Below the pieces are notes generated by a model. It saw nothing but the letters and a program-made list of their open reading frames with translations, had not been told where the DNA came from and made no database searches. Position numbers and translations under genes: made by a program. This document shows, piece by piece, positions 14,401-26,957 of a stretch of 64,000 nt of DNA. How positions within the stretch are numbered: position 1 is the stretch's first letter; each line of letters starts with the position of its first letter. The stretch comes from Octopus vulgaris (lineage: Eukaryota): assembly GCA_951406725.2 (NCBI GenBank), contig OX597830.1, forward strand, positions 41,788,001-41,852,000. The letters are read 5' to 3'.

Positions 14401-15099
14401 ATAGCAGTAGTAAGACTACTAAATATCTGTAATGCAGTTTCGCCATGATTGGTAGTTACATCTTGAGAAAATTAATAAACTATCTTTCGGTAATTTGTCA
14501 TTTTAAATGGAGTAGATAACCAGAACCAGTAAGTGATGGACCGTAGAACATGACATCAAGATTATAGTAATGAATGTGTTCAATCGTGTAGCCTAATTGG
14601 GGTGAGAGGATAATAAATCACAATTCATAGAAAGGAAATGTCAGAATATTCTCTATGAATGTGTATTGTATTTTTCTTCTTCAATAAACTCGTTTTCAAT
14701 GCACTGCTGAGAATATCTTTGCTGAATATCCATGTTTGCTTTTTGTATACTTTTCTGTTACATTGCATGAAATATGGCTCTAACTAGTAGTGCTTTATGT
14801 GTGTATGTATGTATATATATATACTGTGTAAATTCTGATGTCTGTTTTATATATGTCTTCTTTTTTTTTTTTTAAATCATTTTCAGCACTCTTATCTTTA
14901 TAGAGACCCTTCCTGTTTTCCAATTTCTTCATTATAGAGATCTCTCACTTCTAAGTTTTTATGTTTAGATAATTTCTCCAATTTTCTTTTTGTCAACTAC
15001 AGTTGAAATATTTATCAAGAAATTTCCTTTTTTTTGTCTACAATATCCAGATAATTTGCCCTTGTTGCAGTATTTTTGAGATCCCAACATGTCTTAGAG

Positions 15100-15230
15100 C
15101 AGTGGTTCCCAACCTTTTCACTACCAATAGAAGACCCCTTTTATTTAAATGACTTACCCCATGAACCCCTCATCTTTATGTGTGTGTGTGTGTGTACGGG
15201 ACTGTCACGTTAAGTTGACAGTATACAACC

Positions 15231-15272
<42 letters not shown>

Positions 15273-15335
15273 TTTGAATTTAGTTCTGTAGACTCCCCAG
15301 TACTACCTTTGCAAACCACAAGTTGGGAACCACTG
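15100..15335. mobile_element. hAT (Charlie-like) MITE
   Basis: TIRs CAGTGGTTCCCAAC...GTTGGGAACCACTG and perfect 8-bp TSD TCTTAGAG (15092-15099, 15336-15343); internal (TG)n and (TA)n. Confidence 0.9.
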
Positions 15336-15606
15336 TCTTAGAGTATGATTACAAGGTTACTTTTTGACACATTTTGTGATATATATATATATATATCACA
15401 TAATTAGTAGTATTATGGGTATTGTGCATTGGTAGCATTGATGAAGAGATATAAAATTGTTGAAATCCCAAGGTGGATTAAAACGACTAATCCTCTCCAA
15501 ATTTATGGGTTTGTGCCAATGTTATAGAGTGTTATTTATTATATCATAGTGGTGGATTGATAGAATCCTCATAACAACATACCTTCCAATATTCTTGCTC
15601 TTCTGA

Positions 15607-15830
15607 GGGCAGCAAACTTGCGGAATTGTTAACACACCAGGCAAAATGCTTAGTAGCATTATGTTCTTTCTTTACATTCTGAGTTCAAATTCCATCGAGG
15701 TCAACTTTGCCTTTCATTCCCAGTGGGATGGAGTGGGGTTAAAATGAGTACCAGTTGAACACAATGTAAACAAATTAACCCCCACTTCCCTGAAATTACT
15801 GGCTCTAAGCCAAAATTCGAAACCGATATT
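15607..15830 (+). mobile_element. tRNA-derived SINE, family C (…ttctgagttcaaattcc…gaggtcaactttgcctttcat…)
   Basis: Homologous to copies at 33797-34010, 54258-54480 and minus-strand copies at 42330-42770, 43410-43620, 43960-44103; B-box-like GAGTTCAAATTCC. Confidence 0.75.
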
Positions 15831-16291
15831 TTTGCTCTTCTTAGTTCAAATCTTGCCAAGATTTAGTTTGCCATTCATTCTTCTGGTTCGCAGTGGTGGT
15901 GGTGGTGGTGAGGCAATAAACCAGTCAGATAATGGATTGAATCAATCGACTAACCCCTTCCACCCCTTATAAAAAAAATGTAGCTTTGTGCCTATATTAG
16001 CAATTATTGGAAAGGGTAATTGAGTAGTAGTAATAGTGGAGAGTTAAGACTAAAATTAACAATCTTTATCTATATGGATTTAAATTTTCTTGGCATCAAC
16101 ATTTACCCTTCAATGATTGATAGTGTCAGCTGCATCCTTTCATAAATTTTTTTGACTTAGGTGCCAATGGATGCTTTTTGCTATTTAGTATTTTGTCTAA
16201 ATTCTGATTTCACATCCTACTGAAGCTGACTTTGCTTTCCCTGCCCTCAGAAGTACCAATCACATACTATGGTTAAGTAAACTGCTGTTAA

Positions 16292-16596
16292 CCCTCGCTC
16301 CCACAAAAATGTATAATTTTTGTAGCTGTCAAAGAAATTCTGTTTGCCTGAATCCTTTATCAGCTTTTTAAAAACTCTTTTGATACTAATCCATCTAAGA
16401 CTACCACTTAGTTCTGCGATACAGACTTCCTGCTTTAAAGTAACCTAAATTAAAAGTTTTCATCAAAATTTATGTTAATTTATGTTCTAGGCACCAGTTT
16501 ATTTAATGACAGTTATTTTACTAAATTTGTCATTATTTTAAGAATTAAGTGAAGAATTAAGCAGTGCTTTTCACAAGAATTATGGGAATAAAAGGG
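16292..16596. mobile_element. piggyBac-like MITE
   Basis: TTAA|CCCT…AAAGGG|TTAA termini. Confidence 0.55.
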
Positions 16597-17381
16597 TTAA
16601 GTAGTTTATACTGGATTGATCTTCTCAGAACTCTCCTCCTTCTGTGATAGAGAGAGATCAATTGATGTTCTTGAATGGCTATCACAGGCACACACACAAA
16701 AAAAAACATGGGCAGGAAAGAAATCCCAGGGTTTTGAGATTCTGGGAGGAGGGGGGAAATTGAGCAAGGTGGGTAATGAGGAATGAAGCGTGAGTGGGTG
16801 TGTCTTTGACCTATATTGCAGATAGATGTAATAATGTGGGTCATTGAGGAGGAGAGAATACTGTGTGTGTGTGCATGTGCCTATGGAAGTGGCATGAGCA
16901 CAACCAGTTCTCATGAAGCATTGAAGTTGTTATGGTAGAAAAGACAGTGGGAAGACATCACAGTGGTAAAAGTGTGTTGATGACCGACTCTGTCCCACTC
17001 TGTAGGGTGACCTGTTTTTCTCAATGTGGTGGACTACATTCCAAATCGTCAAAATTTATTTATTCTTTTATATATTTTGTTTGGTTTTGACTGCTTTTTA
17101 TAGAAATCTTTGTGAAATATATTTCTTTTCTATCTCTTTAGTATTTAATTTAAAACCACCAAAACATGACACCTGTCTCTCTTTGATATAAATTTGTAAC
17201 AAAACAATTAAATACTCAGTTCTGTTTATTGTGAAAATACTAAAAAGAAATTGTGATGATTTTTTTCTTTCTTTTTTTACCCTTTTACTAAAATACTTTT
17301 TTTTTTTTTTGCAGGGTCTCCAATGCTCCTTTTCCTGTTCTACACAATAAATTAATCCAATGTTTGGATTGAACACTTATT

Positions 17382-20300
17382 ATGGGACGAAGCTTACAAC
17401 CATTAAGGTTCTGTAACCTATGTGAATTCTCTACCAGAAACAAATATTTCTTCAAGAGGCATATAAATTTTTGTCGGCGTCGAAACAGAAACAAGGAATT
17501 CTTACCAGGCTCCCTTCCTCCCCCTAGCACAATTTCCGAAGACACAATGGCATCTACACCAGAGTTAGAAGAGGTTCCAGTTGTTGTAAAAAATGATACT
17601 TCTAGTCAAGAAATTCAAGATATTGATGAAGCTTCCATGGATATGGATGATGGCTCTCTCATTGAAAGTAGTCCTATGAATCAGTCCTCATATGATGAAT
17701 ATCCAGAAATCTCTGGGAGTTCATCGTCAGGTGGAATCTTGCCACCACCTAATGTTTGTCGCAATTATCACTGTCAGGAATGTAGTTTCACAACTACTAA
17801 GTCGAAAATGTTTTTGTATCATCAAATCGATGTGCATGGTGCAAATTTTAATGTTTTCCCTTGTGACTTCTGCGAATATGCTTCTCGCTGGAAGCACAAG
17901 CTCTTGCGACATAAGGAAAAGGCTCACAAGGCAACAGTGACAATGGAAGAGCTGCAACCAGAATATACAGCTACTAAAACTTCTCCAGCACCTAGTTCTC
18001 CGAAACCTAAAAAGCCATCTCCAGCTCGATACACAATATCAAATCGGGCAGCAAAACTCAAGCGATCTCGAGCCCAAATTGGGAAGAATAACAACTTAGA
18101 TTCTTGTTCAATGTATATTGAAAAATTAAACACTAATTTTAATGGAAGTTCTGTTTTCAAATGCAAACTATGCTTATATACAAGCAAAACTCGAATGCAA
18201 GCTTACAAACATGTTTATAGTTGTCACATAAAGGCAAAAGTGTTCAAATGTAAGTTGTGTAATTTTAGCACAGAGAAAAAGATAGATTTTTATATTCATA
18301 AAAGCAAACATACAAACGAAAATTTTTACCAGTGTAAAGAATGTTTATATGGAACAACCCTGAAAACAAATTATGATCGACATATGTTGAATCATGAAAT
18401 GACCTCAGCTTTTACATGTAACTTATGCACGTACTCTAGCCCAAATGAAGGAGCATTGAAACGCCACCTTACTAACCACCATTCAAACAGTGAAGAGAAT
18501 GTGTCGTTGATAGTCAGCAGTACCAGTACAGCGGCAGCAGATACTAAACCACGAGATGTTAGAGATTCAACCATTGAAACCTTTTCACCGGAGACTATTG
18601 TAGAATCAGCAGTCCCAACAAAATTTGTTGATCAGATTGAAAAAGAAGATGATGGTGTCATCGCTGATGATGATGAAGACGAAGAAGACGAAGACGAAGG
18701 CAACAGGCGAACAGTGGAAGGTCCCTCTCATCATCGTTATACTAAAAGTTTTTGTTACCGATGTCTAATATGCGGTCTGAAATATAAAAGGTCTCCAGAT
18801 ATGAATCGTCATATGAAATTAAAGCATAACATTTGTTTGCAAGAATTTAAAAAACTTGATCTTGAGAAACAGTATCGAATGTTGAATTCTGTTGATAAGA
18901 AAGATGATGCTAATGACAATGGTTATGAGGATGATTACGGGGCACCGTTGGATCTGTCAATTAAAACTATGCGTAGTGTTTTCAATGTGAGTAAGACAAA
19001 ATTAAAATGTACCTATTGTTCTTACATAGCAAAATGGCCTTGTGATCTACGACGACATATGGCTGTACACTCAATTGATAAAAGATACAAGTGCCATTTA
19101 TGCATGCGGAAATATAAGTATTTTGGTGACCTCAATGTTCATGTTCGGCGGGATCATGACATTGAGCCTGATAAAGCTCTCATAGAAAAAGTGACAACAG
19201 TCCAGAAAAAGAAATCCTCTCCAACCATTTTCAAGTGCCCATCTTGTTCATTTACATCAAGTTATAAATCTGAAATAGACCGCCATTCTAAATTGCACGA
19301 CGGGAATAAACCATACAAGTGTAAACTGTGCAAATATCAAAGTCATTGGAAAGGAGACATGAATCGGCATTTGTACCGTCATCATCCCAGTGAAGTGCAA
19401 CAAGAAGAAGACATAAAGAATTTGGTGATCTACCAGAAGATAATCAATAGCGACATGATGTCAAGCACAAAATCAATTGTGACACCATCATCATCATCAA
19501 CATCATTGTCATCATCCTTAGCTACAACATCTTGTGACACATCTACTGTATCTGTACCTGCTACTGTTGCAACTATCACTTCTACATCTACTTCATCTTC
19601 ATCTGCCACAACAACAAGCACTACCATTTCAATTATTTCTCCCATATCTTCAACTGATGACAATAAGGATTTGTCTAACACAAAGCAGGAAGAAACTACA
19701 GATGACAAATCGATTCTGCCTTCAGACTGTGGCAGTGATATGGAAACAAGTAAACTTAATGATGAAACTCCTACTTTAATATCTGACTCATCTATGGTCG
19801 AAGGTGGTTCTTTAGAGAGGTCAGCTGAAGGTGTATCCACAGCTTTTGCTGATATTTCTGAAGAGACCAATCAAAAAGAGGTTCTTGGTCCATTTTTGTG
19901 TAATTACTGTGATTTTTCTGCTCCTGCCCCTTCAAAGCTGAAGGCACATCTTGCAACCCACTGGAATCTAAAGAAATTTAAATGTCCCATTTGTGGCAAG
20001 AGATCCAACTGGAAATGGGACATCCGTAAACACATACGCAAAGAACATCCTGGTCAAAATGATGATGTTATTGTAATGTCTGAACAAGAAGCTGAAGCAA
20101 CAGTTCTAAAGTATATGGAAACAATGCCGACTAATCGCAGGGAACACCAGCTAAATGTAGCTATGTTAAAGCCGAAAAAGCTTTTTAAATGTTCCCAGTG
20201 TAACTTTCAATCAGCATTTCGGTGGACTGTGCTTAAGCATCTGAGAAGTGATCACTCAAACCAATCTGGAATTTTAGGTGATAATCAAGGTGTGGAGAAT

Positions 20301-23300
20301 GTCCTGGGAAACTCTGATAGCCATATAATTAATCAGATTGATATCGATGAAAGTATTGTAAAAATTGAACCAGGCACGACCCCACCTAAATCTTCGTCAG
20401 TATTATCAATATCATCGGCAAAATCTACAAGCCCAGGTAACTTTGTAGCTAAGCCGACTGTTGTTTCCAGCAGCAACATGCCAGTTCTTAGTGTTCCAGT
20501 TATCAGCAAACTGAAGGGATCGAAAAAAGACACTAAATCCTCTTCAGATAAACCTTACATGTGCCCTCTTTGTGGCAAGCGGACAACTTTCCGAGGCGAT
20601 GTTCGCAAACACTATCGATATATGCATCCAGGTGAAGAAATTCGAATACTCTATGTTGGGAGTTTGTCCAATGAAGAAATCTTAACAAGAACAAATGAAA
20701 TAAAATTGACCAATCCTTATATATCTCCCATTAAGAAAGAGAAAATATCCACTTCTCAGACTACAGAGAAACATTCTGACATAAATATACATTCCTCTAA
20801 GCAAAGTCCCACCGATACCACTTTAATTCTTGCCTCTGATAAATTGAAAGACACTCCGGAGCATACCACTGCATTAGAGGCATTGTATAGTAACCCTAAA
20901 CGAGTTGGTTATATAAAACCATTCAAGTGTTCTGCTTGTGGACGTAGGTCCAACTGGAAATGGGATCTTAAGAAGCATATTAGAGAACGTCATCCAGAAG
21001 GTGGCTACGTTATTGTGATGGAGGAAGAAGAAGCTCGGCTATCTTTGTTAGCCGAATGCTATCCTAACCACCCCCTTGTTACTAAACAGAAGGATGGCCC
21101 TGCAACTTCTGATGAGTTCTCTTCTAGTTCCCTAACTCTAGTTACATCTGCAGCTCAAAGAAATGCTCAGAAATTGTGGCGCCAATTTGAATGTTCTGGC
21201 TGTGGCTACAAGTCAAATTGGAGAAGCGATGTTTACCGACATATTAAGAGAAGGCACAACAACAATCGCAGCAAGGTGATGTGTATTGATCATAAGGTCA
21301 GCGACTACCCACCACCATTTTATTTCAAATTCAAGAAGAGTGAAGGGTGTTATGAAAAGAAAACAGCTGACAAGTTAACTCACCTTGACGTGACTCCTGA
21401 CACCGAGTCTCCATCAGCTAACAATTCTGTAACCAACTCCGAGGCGACCGCTACACCTGACCAGTCAGAATCCATAACAGATCTTTCTTCATCTTCATTA
21501 CTTGGACATGGTAAAATGTGGAAATGTAACAAGTGTACATATCGTCACAAGGACAAGATGCTTGTGTTACGGCACTTGACATCACATAAAGTTAAGCCAT
21601 ACAAATGCAAACTGTGTGGGCATTCTTCAAATTATCGAAGTGCCCTCTATCGTCATTTAAGACAGAAGCATGGTTGTAATGATTACAGTCTTTGTAAATT
21701 AAGCATTTCTTATTCAGCTGACAGTGAAATAGGTGCTGCATCTGGTGAAGAAAATGATACTGATATAGGGGACTTAATGGACTTGTATACATGCAAGATT
21801 TGTAAGTTTCAGTCAACTTGGAAAGCTTGTCTCTATAGACATCTCCGTGAGCGCCATGGCACTACTGATTATAACAATTGTTATATCAAACTGAAATCAA
21901 CTCAAGAAGGGGACTTAGAAGAAAATCTTGGCTCTGATATCATTCAAGAGCCAGTTCCCGAGCGTATAATAGACAGACCTCTAAATAAATTCCAATGTAA
22001 TGTGTGTCCCTATTCAACAAAGAAACCAACCTTGCTCAAATTCCATATGAGTTATCATAAACCCAGAGGACAGAACCGTTTTAAGTGTAAGTTCTGTCCA
22101 TATTATGTTTGTGCAAGACGACTACTTAATCAACATGTTCGTTTGCATTCAAATGAACATGCCAAAAGTAAAGTTGGTTCTAAACAGGCTAATGTTTCTC
22201 TTAAGACAGATGATTTTTCATCATTAAGTATCAATATTGCTCCAAGAGTCCCTAGTACTAAAAGAATGAAATTCACTTGTGAAAAGTGTCCCTATGCTAC
22301 TAACAGTAAGAATGATTTTCTCTATCACAAACAATTCCATCGTGTGAAACTCTCCAATTCCACTGCTTTCAAGTGTGACTATTGTGATTACTGGGTCAGC
22401 CATCGGCGTCTACTTAAACAACATCTTCGTTTGCATATTGACCCAGATCAATTATCACCAGTGAAGACCGAGGCCACAGATGTTCAACTCTTGTATGATG
22501 CTGTTGAAATAGCATCAGTAAAACAAAAGCTTATAGTATCTAAGATTTTGCCAAGTTTATCTCAGTCTGAAAACTCAGATTCAGCCATAAAAATTGCAGC
22601 CCGTTATGCAACGTTTGGCAATAAACCTGGATATATTTTGAAAAACGGGGTGTACAAAAAGCTGCTAAAATGTTCGAAATGTCCCTACACGAACATTCGT
22701 AACAGAAATTTGCGCCTCCATGAGTTAATGCATGGCCGTCGGTCATCTGGTCATCCTCTTTTGAAATGCCCACATTGTGATTATTTTGTTGGCTCCAAAG
22801 GTTTGTTATCCCATCATCTGAAAGTTCACCAGCATCAGTATGTTCCTGATCTGAATGACAACACAATATCGGAATTGGAGCAGTTAGAAGGCATTTCTTT
22901 AGAACCTGATGATGACCTCAATGATAAAAGTGACATGGAGATTTCTACAGAAAGCAAAGTTGATGCGCTTTTGGATATTGCTCAGTTTAAGAAATTTTGC
23001 TGTGAGAAGTGTCCCTATGCTAGTGCTAAACGTACGCATTTTGAGCGGCACATTGAGTTACATGGAAGTAAACAGCATTACACTTGCGAATATTGTGACT
23101 ACAGTGTTCCCTCAAATAACTTACTTGTACAGCATCGTAAACTTCATTTCAGTCCAAACCCAAATCTTGTTGCAACTCAGTCGATATCAAACCTTCAGCG
23201 TCTGCCTGAAATACCTGCTGATGTAGCTCTTGCAAGTGCATTACCTCCTCTTGATTCTAATGATCCTGTGCCTTTGAGTGTGACACACGACCACTTAGAT

Positions 23301-23795
23301 CTATACGAACATGTCCAACCTGAAAAGGACGACTCAGATATTGTTAAAAAGGTGTATCATTGTGACCGTTGTCCCTATTCAAACACACGTCGGGACCATA
23401 TGGTAACACATTTAAGGTTCCATGTAGTTCGAAGTGAACTTGCTTGTCCCTATTGCGATTATACTGTTTCAAAAAATCATCTCCTTGCTCAACATGTTCG
23501 AGTTCATTTTTGTCCTCTGCCTGAACTGTCCAATTGGTTAAATGAAAACGGCCAGAAGGACCGTGTCAACCAGTCAAAAGAACAGGACTTGTCAGAAGCC
23601 CTTCGTGTTGCACAGCTCTACCAACAGATGAATCCTACGACTGTGAAAAATGAAAATGATGACTCCAAGGACAAAGATGATTCTCAGCTGGAGGATCCAC
23701 TAAGTACAGTTTGTCGGTACTGTGATCGATCTTTCTCAGATACACCAGCCGTTCTCAAACACGAACGTCAACATTTGATAGGCAACCAATTTGAT
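17382..23795 (+). CDS. Multi-C2H2 zinc-finger transcription factor, main coding exon (2,138 codons; exon starts at acceptor 17315)
   Basis: Uninterrupted ORF with ~32 CxxC-x12-H-x3-4-H(/C) fingers counted by eye, mostly singles and pairs separated by long Ser/Thr/acidic linkers; PLDLS at 18945-18959; in-frame TGA at 17370 upstream of the ATG; acceptor T-tract-GCAG at 17314; donor GAT|GTAAGT at 23796 (phase 0). Family resemblance (REST/SPR-4/CG9932-like) is from memory of finger style, not a search. Confidence 0.95.
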
Positions 23796-24727
23796 GTAAG
23801 TGCTTTTTTACTGTTTATGTTTTGCTCTTTGATTTTATATTCTTTCCTGTTTTAACTTTTACTACAAAGTGAAATTTCAATTGTTTTATAACGAGTTATT
23901 TCAGCATAATCAGAATGGTGTCTCGAATTTCTTGTTGCAATATTTAACAGGTTTTTCTACGTTTGTTAATCTATGGGTCAACAATGCCATATAGTAATTC
24001 ATTCTGGTTGTGTATCCTGTACAGTAAGATTTGTTAGAAGTTTATCGCATGATCATGTAACTGACCAGATGCTCAGATGTTGTTACACATCACTGGTCAC
24101 AATGCGTTTTGTATTTTCACCTTTGAATGGCATCGCCCTGCTGGTTAGGCGAGCGAGCTTAGAGGGAGACTGAAGCTATGTAAAATGAAGTGTTTTGCTC
24201 AAGAGCATAATGCACCACTCAGTCTGGGAATTGAACCCATGATATAGCAGTTGTGAGTGCAACAGCCTAACCACTGGGCCACACAACTTCACTACTGGCT
24301 TATATTATTCCTTAGAAAATTTCTAAATGTAGGCATGGTTTTGTGGTTAAGGAATTCACTTTGAAACCATGTGATTTAGTGTTTGCTCTCACTGCATGTA
24401 CACCCTGGCTGGATCCTTTACTATGGCCACACGTTGTCCAGCACCTTATGAATGAACTTGGTTGGAGGGGAAAATGGAAGAAGCTTGTTGTGTGTGGGGA
24501 TTGTAAACAAAAAGCTGTTGTTCATAGAAATGGTGTCATTTGTGTGCAATCCACTGCAAAAAATACGTCCAGTCTTGTCTGACCCATGCAAGCATGGAAA
24601 AGTGACAGTTAACATGATGATGGTAATACATACAGTAGCGGCCATAATATAAGGGTCAGTAAGAACAAGTGTATTGAAATAGTAATTATAGAAGATTAAC
24701 AACACGTTGAGACTAGGTATTTTACAC

Positions 24728-25035
24728 GTGTCGGTGGCACATAAAAAGCACCATCCGAATCGTAGCTGAAGCCAGTGCTGCCTTGACTGGCTTCCATAAA
24801 ATGCACCAATCCGACCATGGCCGATGCCAGCCTCGCCTGGCACCAGTGCAAGTGGCACGTAAAAAGCACCCACTACACTCACGGAGTGGTTGGCGTTAGG
24901 AAGGGCATCCAGCTGTAGAAACTTTGCCAGATAAGACCGGAGCCTGGTACAGCCTTCTGGCTTCCCAGATCCCCGGTCTAACCGTCCAACCCATGCTAGC
25001 ATGGAGAACGGACGTTAAACGATGATGATGATGAT
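24728..25035 (+). mobile_element. RTE-tail retroposon (family B) inserted in the left TIR of the Tc1 element
   Basis: …GGAGTGGTTGGCGTTAGGAAGGGCATCCAGCTGTAGAAAC…CCCATGCTAGCATGG…(GAT)n tail; TIR homology stops at ~24727 and resumes at ~25036. Confidence 0.85.
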
Positions 25036-25275
25036 TGATATATCAGTCTTTCGTGAAAATTTGAAGTGAATGGAATAAATATTTCATAAGTTATGAGGAA
25101 ATAAACAATCTTCCAAATTGCAGCAGCCAAAAGTTAAGGGTCACTTAGAAAAAATGAACTACCTACCAAAGTATTTGTTGTTTAGAAGACTGTCAATGGG
25201 CTAACAGTTACTTCTTATGATCTCACATTATTGGAACATTCATCTGTCAATATAGCAGCTTGTGACAGGTGACTA

Positions 25276-26257
25276 GTGTCCTGTGATGAAAAACAAAAGA
25301 TTGTGTGCCTTCACCAAGAGGGCAAGCCAAATTCTGTGATAGCAACTGCTGTAGGAAAGTCTAGAAGTGTTGTGCAACGAATTGTAGCTTGTTTTAAGTC
25401 ATCAGATCAACAGATGCTAAACCCAAAACTGGTAGACTTCGTAAAACTTCATCAAGACAGGATTGTATTATGGTTAGAATGTCACTGAAGGATAGGTTTA
25501 AGAGTACTGTTGAGATATCCTATGAGTTTAGCTCCACTTTCCATGTTGATGTATTGTGCAAAACAGTCTCTCAGAGGTTATTAGGTTCTGGGTTGCTTGC
25601 TTGGGTGCTGGCAAAGAAATCTCTTATCTCCAAGAAGAATCAAAGAGCCTGTCTTTGTCTCGCTCACAAACATGTTATTTGGACAGAAGAACAGTGTTCG
25701 CAGGTTCATTTTAGCGATGGATCGAAGTTTAATGCGATTAGTTCGATGGCAGGATGTATGTCCGAAGAAGTGGTGAAAGGTTATCTTGTGCATGTGTGAA
25801 GAAGACAGTGAAATATGTTGGAGGCAGTGTAATGGTATGAGTACTGATCTCTGCTGTTGGTCCTGGTCCACTTATTCGCCTACAGGAGACTGTCAATGCT
25901 GAATCTGCAAGCAGATTCTTAGACAGCATGCCCTTCCACATCTCCAATCCTTGTCAGTTCAACCTCCGATCTTCATGCAGGACGATGCTCCCTGTCACAC
26001 TGACTTTTTGAGTGATGAAGGGGTTGGTCTCATGGGCACAGGCCAACTCAAAGTCCCAATCTCAACCCTATAGAAAACGTTTCAAAGATTATTGGAGATG
26101 GGGTGCGAAGGAGAAATCCAAAGAACCAAGATGAACTCTGGGAATTATTGAAAAGAGAATGGAACAATATTACTGCATTTTGCAAGAAATTGATTCAGTT
26201 CAGTGGTAAGGGATGTCTGGAGGTCATTGATAGTAAAGGAATGTTCACAAAATATTA
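25276..26257 (+). pseudogene. Tc1 (DD34E-type) transposase pseudogene
   Basis: HTH segment KQKIVCLHQEGKPNSVIATAVGKSRSVVQRIV, WTEEQCSQVHFSDGSKFN, FMQDDAPCH and SPNLNPIENV motifs, spread over several frames with stops and frameshifts. Confidence 0.9.
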
Positions 26258-26915
26258 ATGGTAAGGGTTTCTTTTTTGTTCTTGTTCCATTTTTCATTTT
26301 ATTTAAGTGACCCTTAACTTTTGGCCATTGCAGTTTGGAAGATTATTTGTTTATTTCCTCATTTACGAAATATTTATTCCATTCACTTGAAATTTTCACA
26401 AAAGATAGATATTAAATATATCTAAATATGTATAAAATATCTAGTCCCAACGTTTTGTTAATCTTCTATAATAAATATTTCAATGCACCTGTTCTTATTG
26501 ACCCTTATATTGTAGCCGCTACTGTACATGCGTTCATATATACATATATGTACACATACACACAGTCATTGTTGCCATTGTTGTTTTAATATCCTCTTTT
26601 CCATGTTCACATCATTCGGATGGAAGTTGTTCAGCCAGATTTTCGACTGGAATATTCTGTATCTGGGGATTCCCCACTTCCCATAAAATGTGATGTTCTT
26701 GGATGGAATGCCTCAAGTCAAAGATCCGTTGAATTTGGGATGAACTGGATTAAACATCCCAACCCAACCCTGTTACAAACGTAATTTAAAATAACACTGT
26801 GCAGTTAAAATTCCCCTTTGCAACCACATGGTTTCAGGTTCAAGTTCCACTATGCAGCACCTTGAGCAAGTGCCTTCTACTATAACCCCATGTCAACCAA
26901 TAACTTAAAGCCCAT

Positions 26916-26957
<42 letters not shown>

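Larger units (their letters stand above)
24633..26524 (+). mobile_element. Tc1-family DNA transposon relic with long IR/DR terminal repeats
   Basis: TA|CAGTAGCGGCCATAATATAAGGGTC … GACCCTTATATTGTAGCCGCTACTG|TA; ~230-240-bp TIRs (left one split by an insertion), each with outer and inner direct repeat containing TAAGGGTCA. Confidence 0.92.

Noticed and set aside
19430-19870. 146-aa antisense ORF
   Set aside because: Shadow of the Ser/Thr-rich linker of the zinc-finger CDS.
23796-23855. Hydrophobic C-terminal tail VSAFLLFMFCSLILYSFLF as membrane anchor
   Set aside because: Starts exactly at a consensus GTAAGT donor; read-through into a T-rich intron.
24421-25002. 193-aa minus-strand ORF and similar LQLDALPNANH ORFs (28232, 49100, 50932)
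   Set aside because: Translations of family B repeat copies, not genes.
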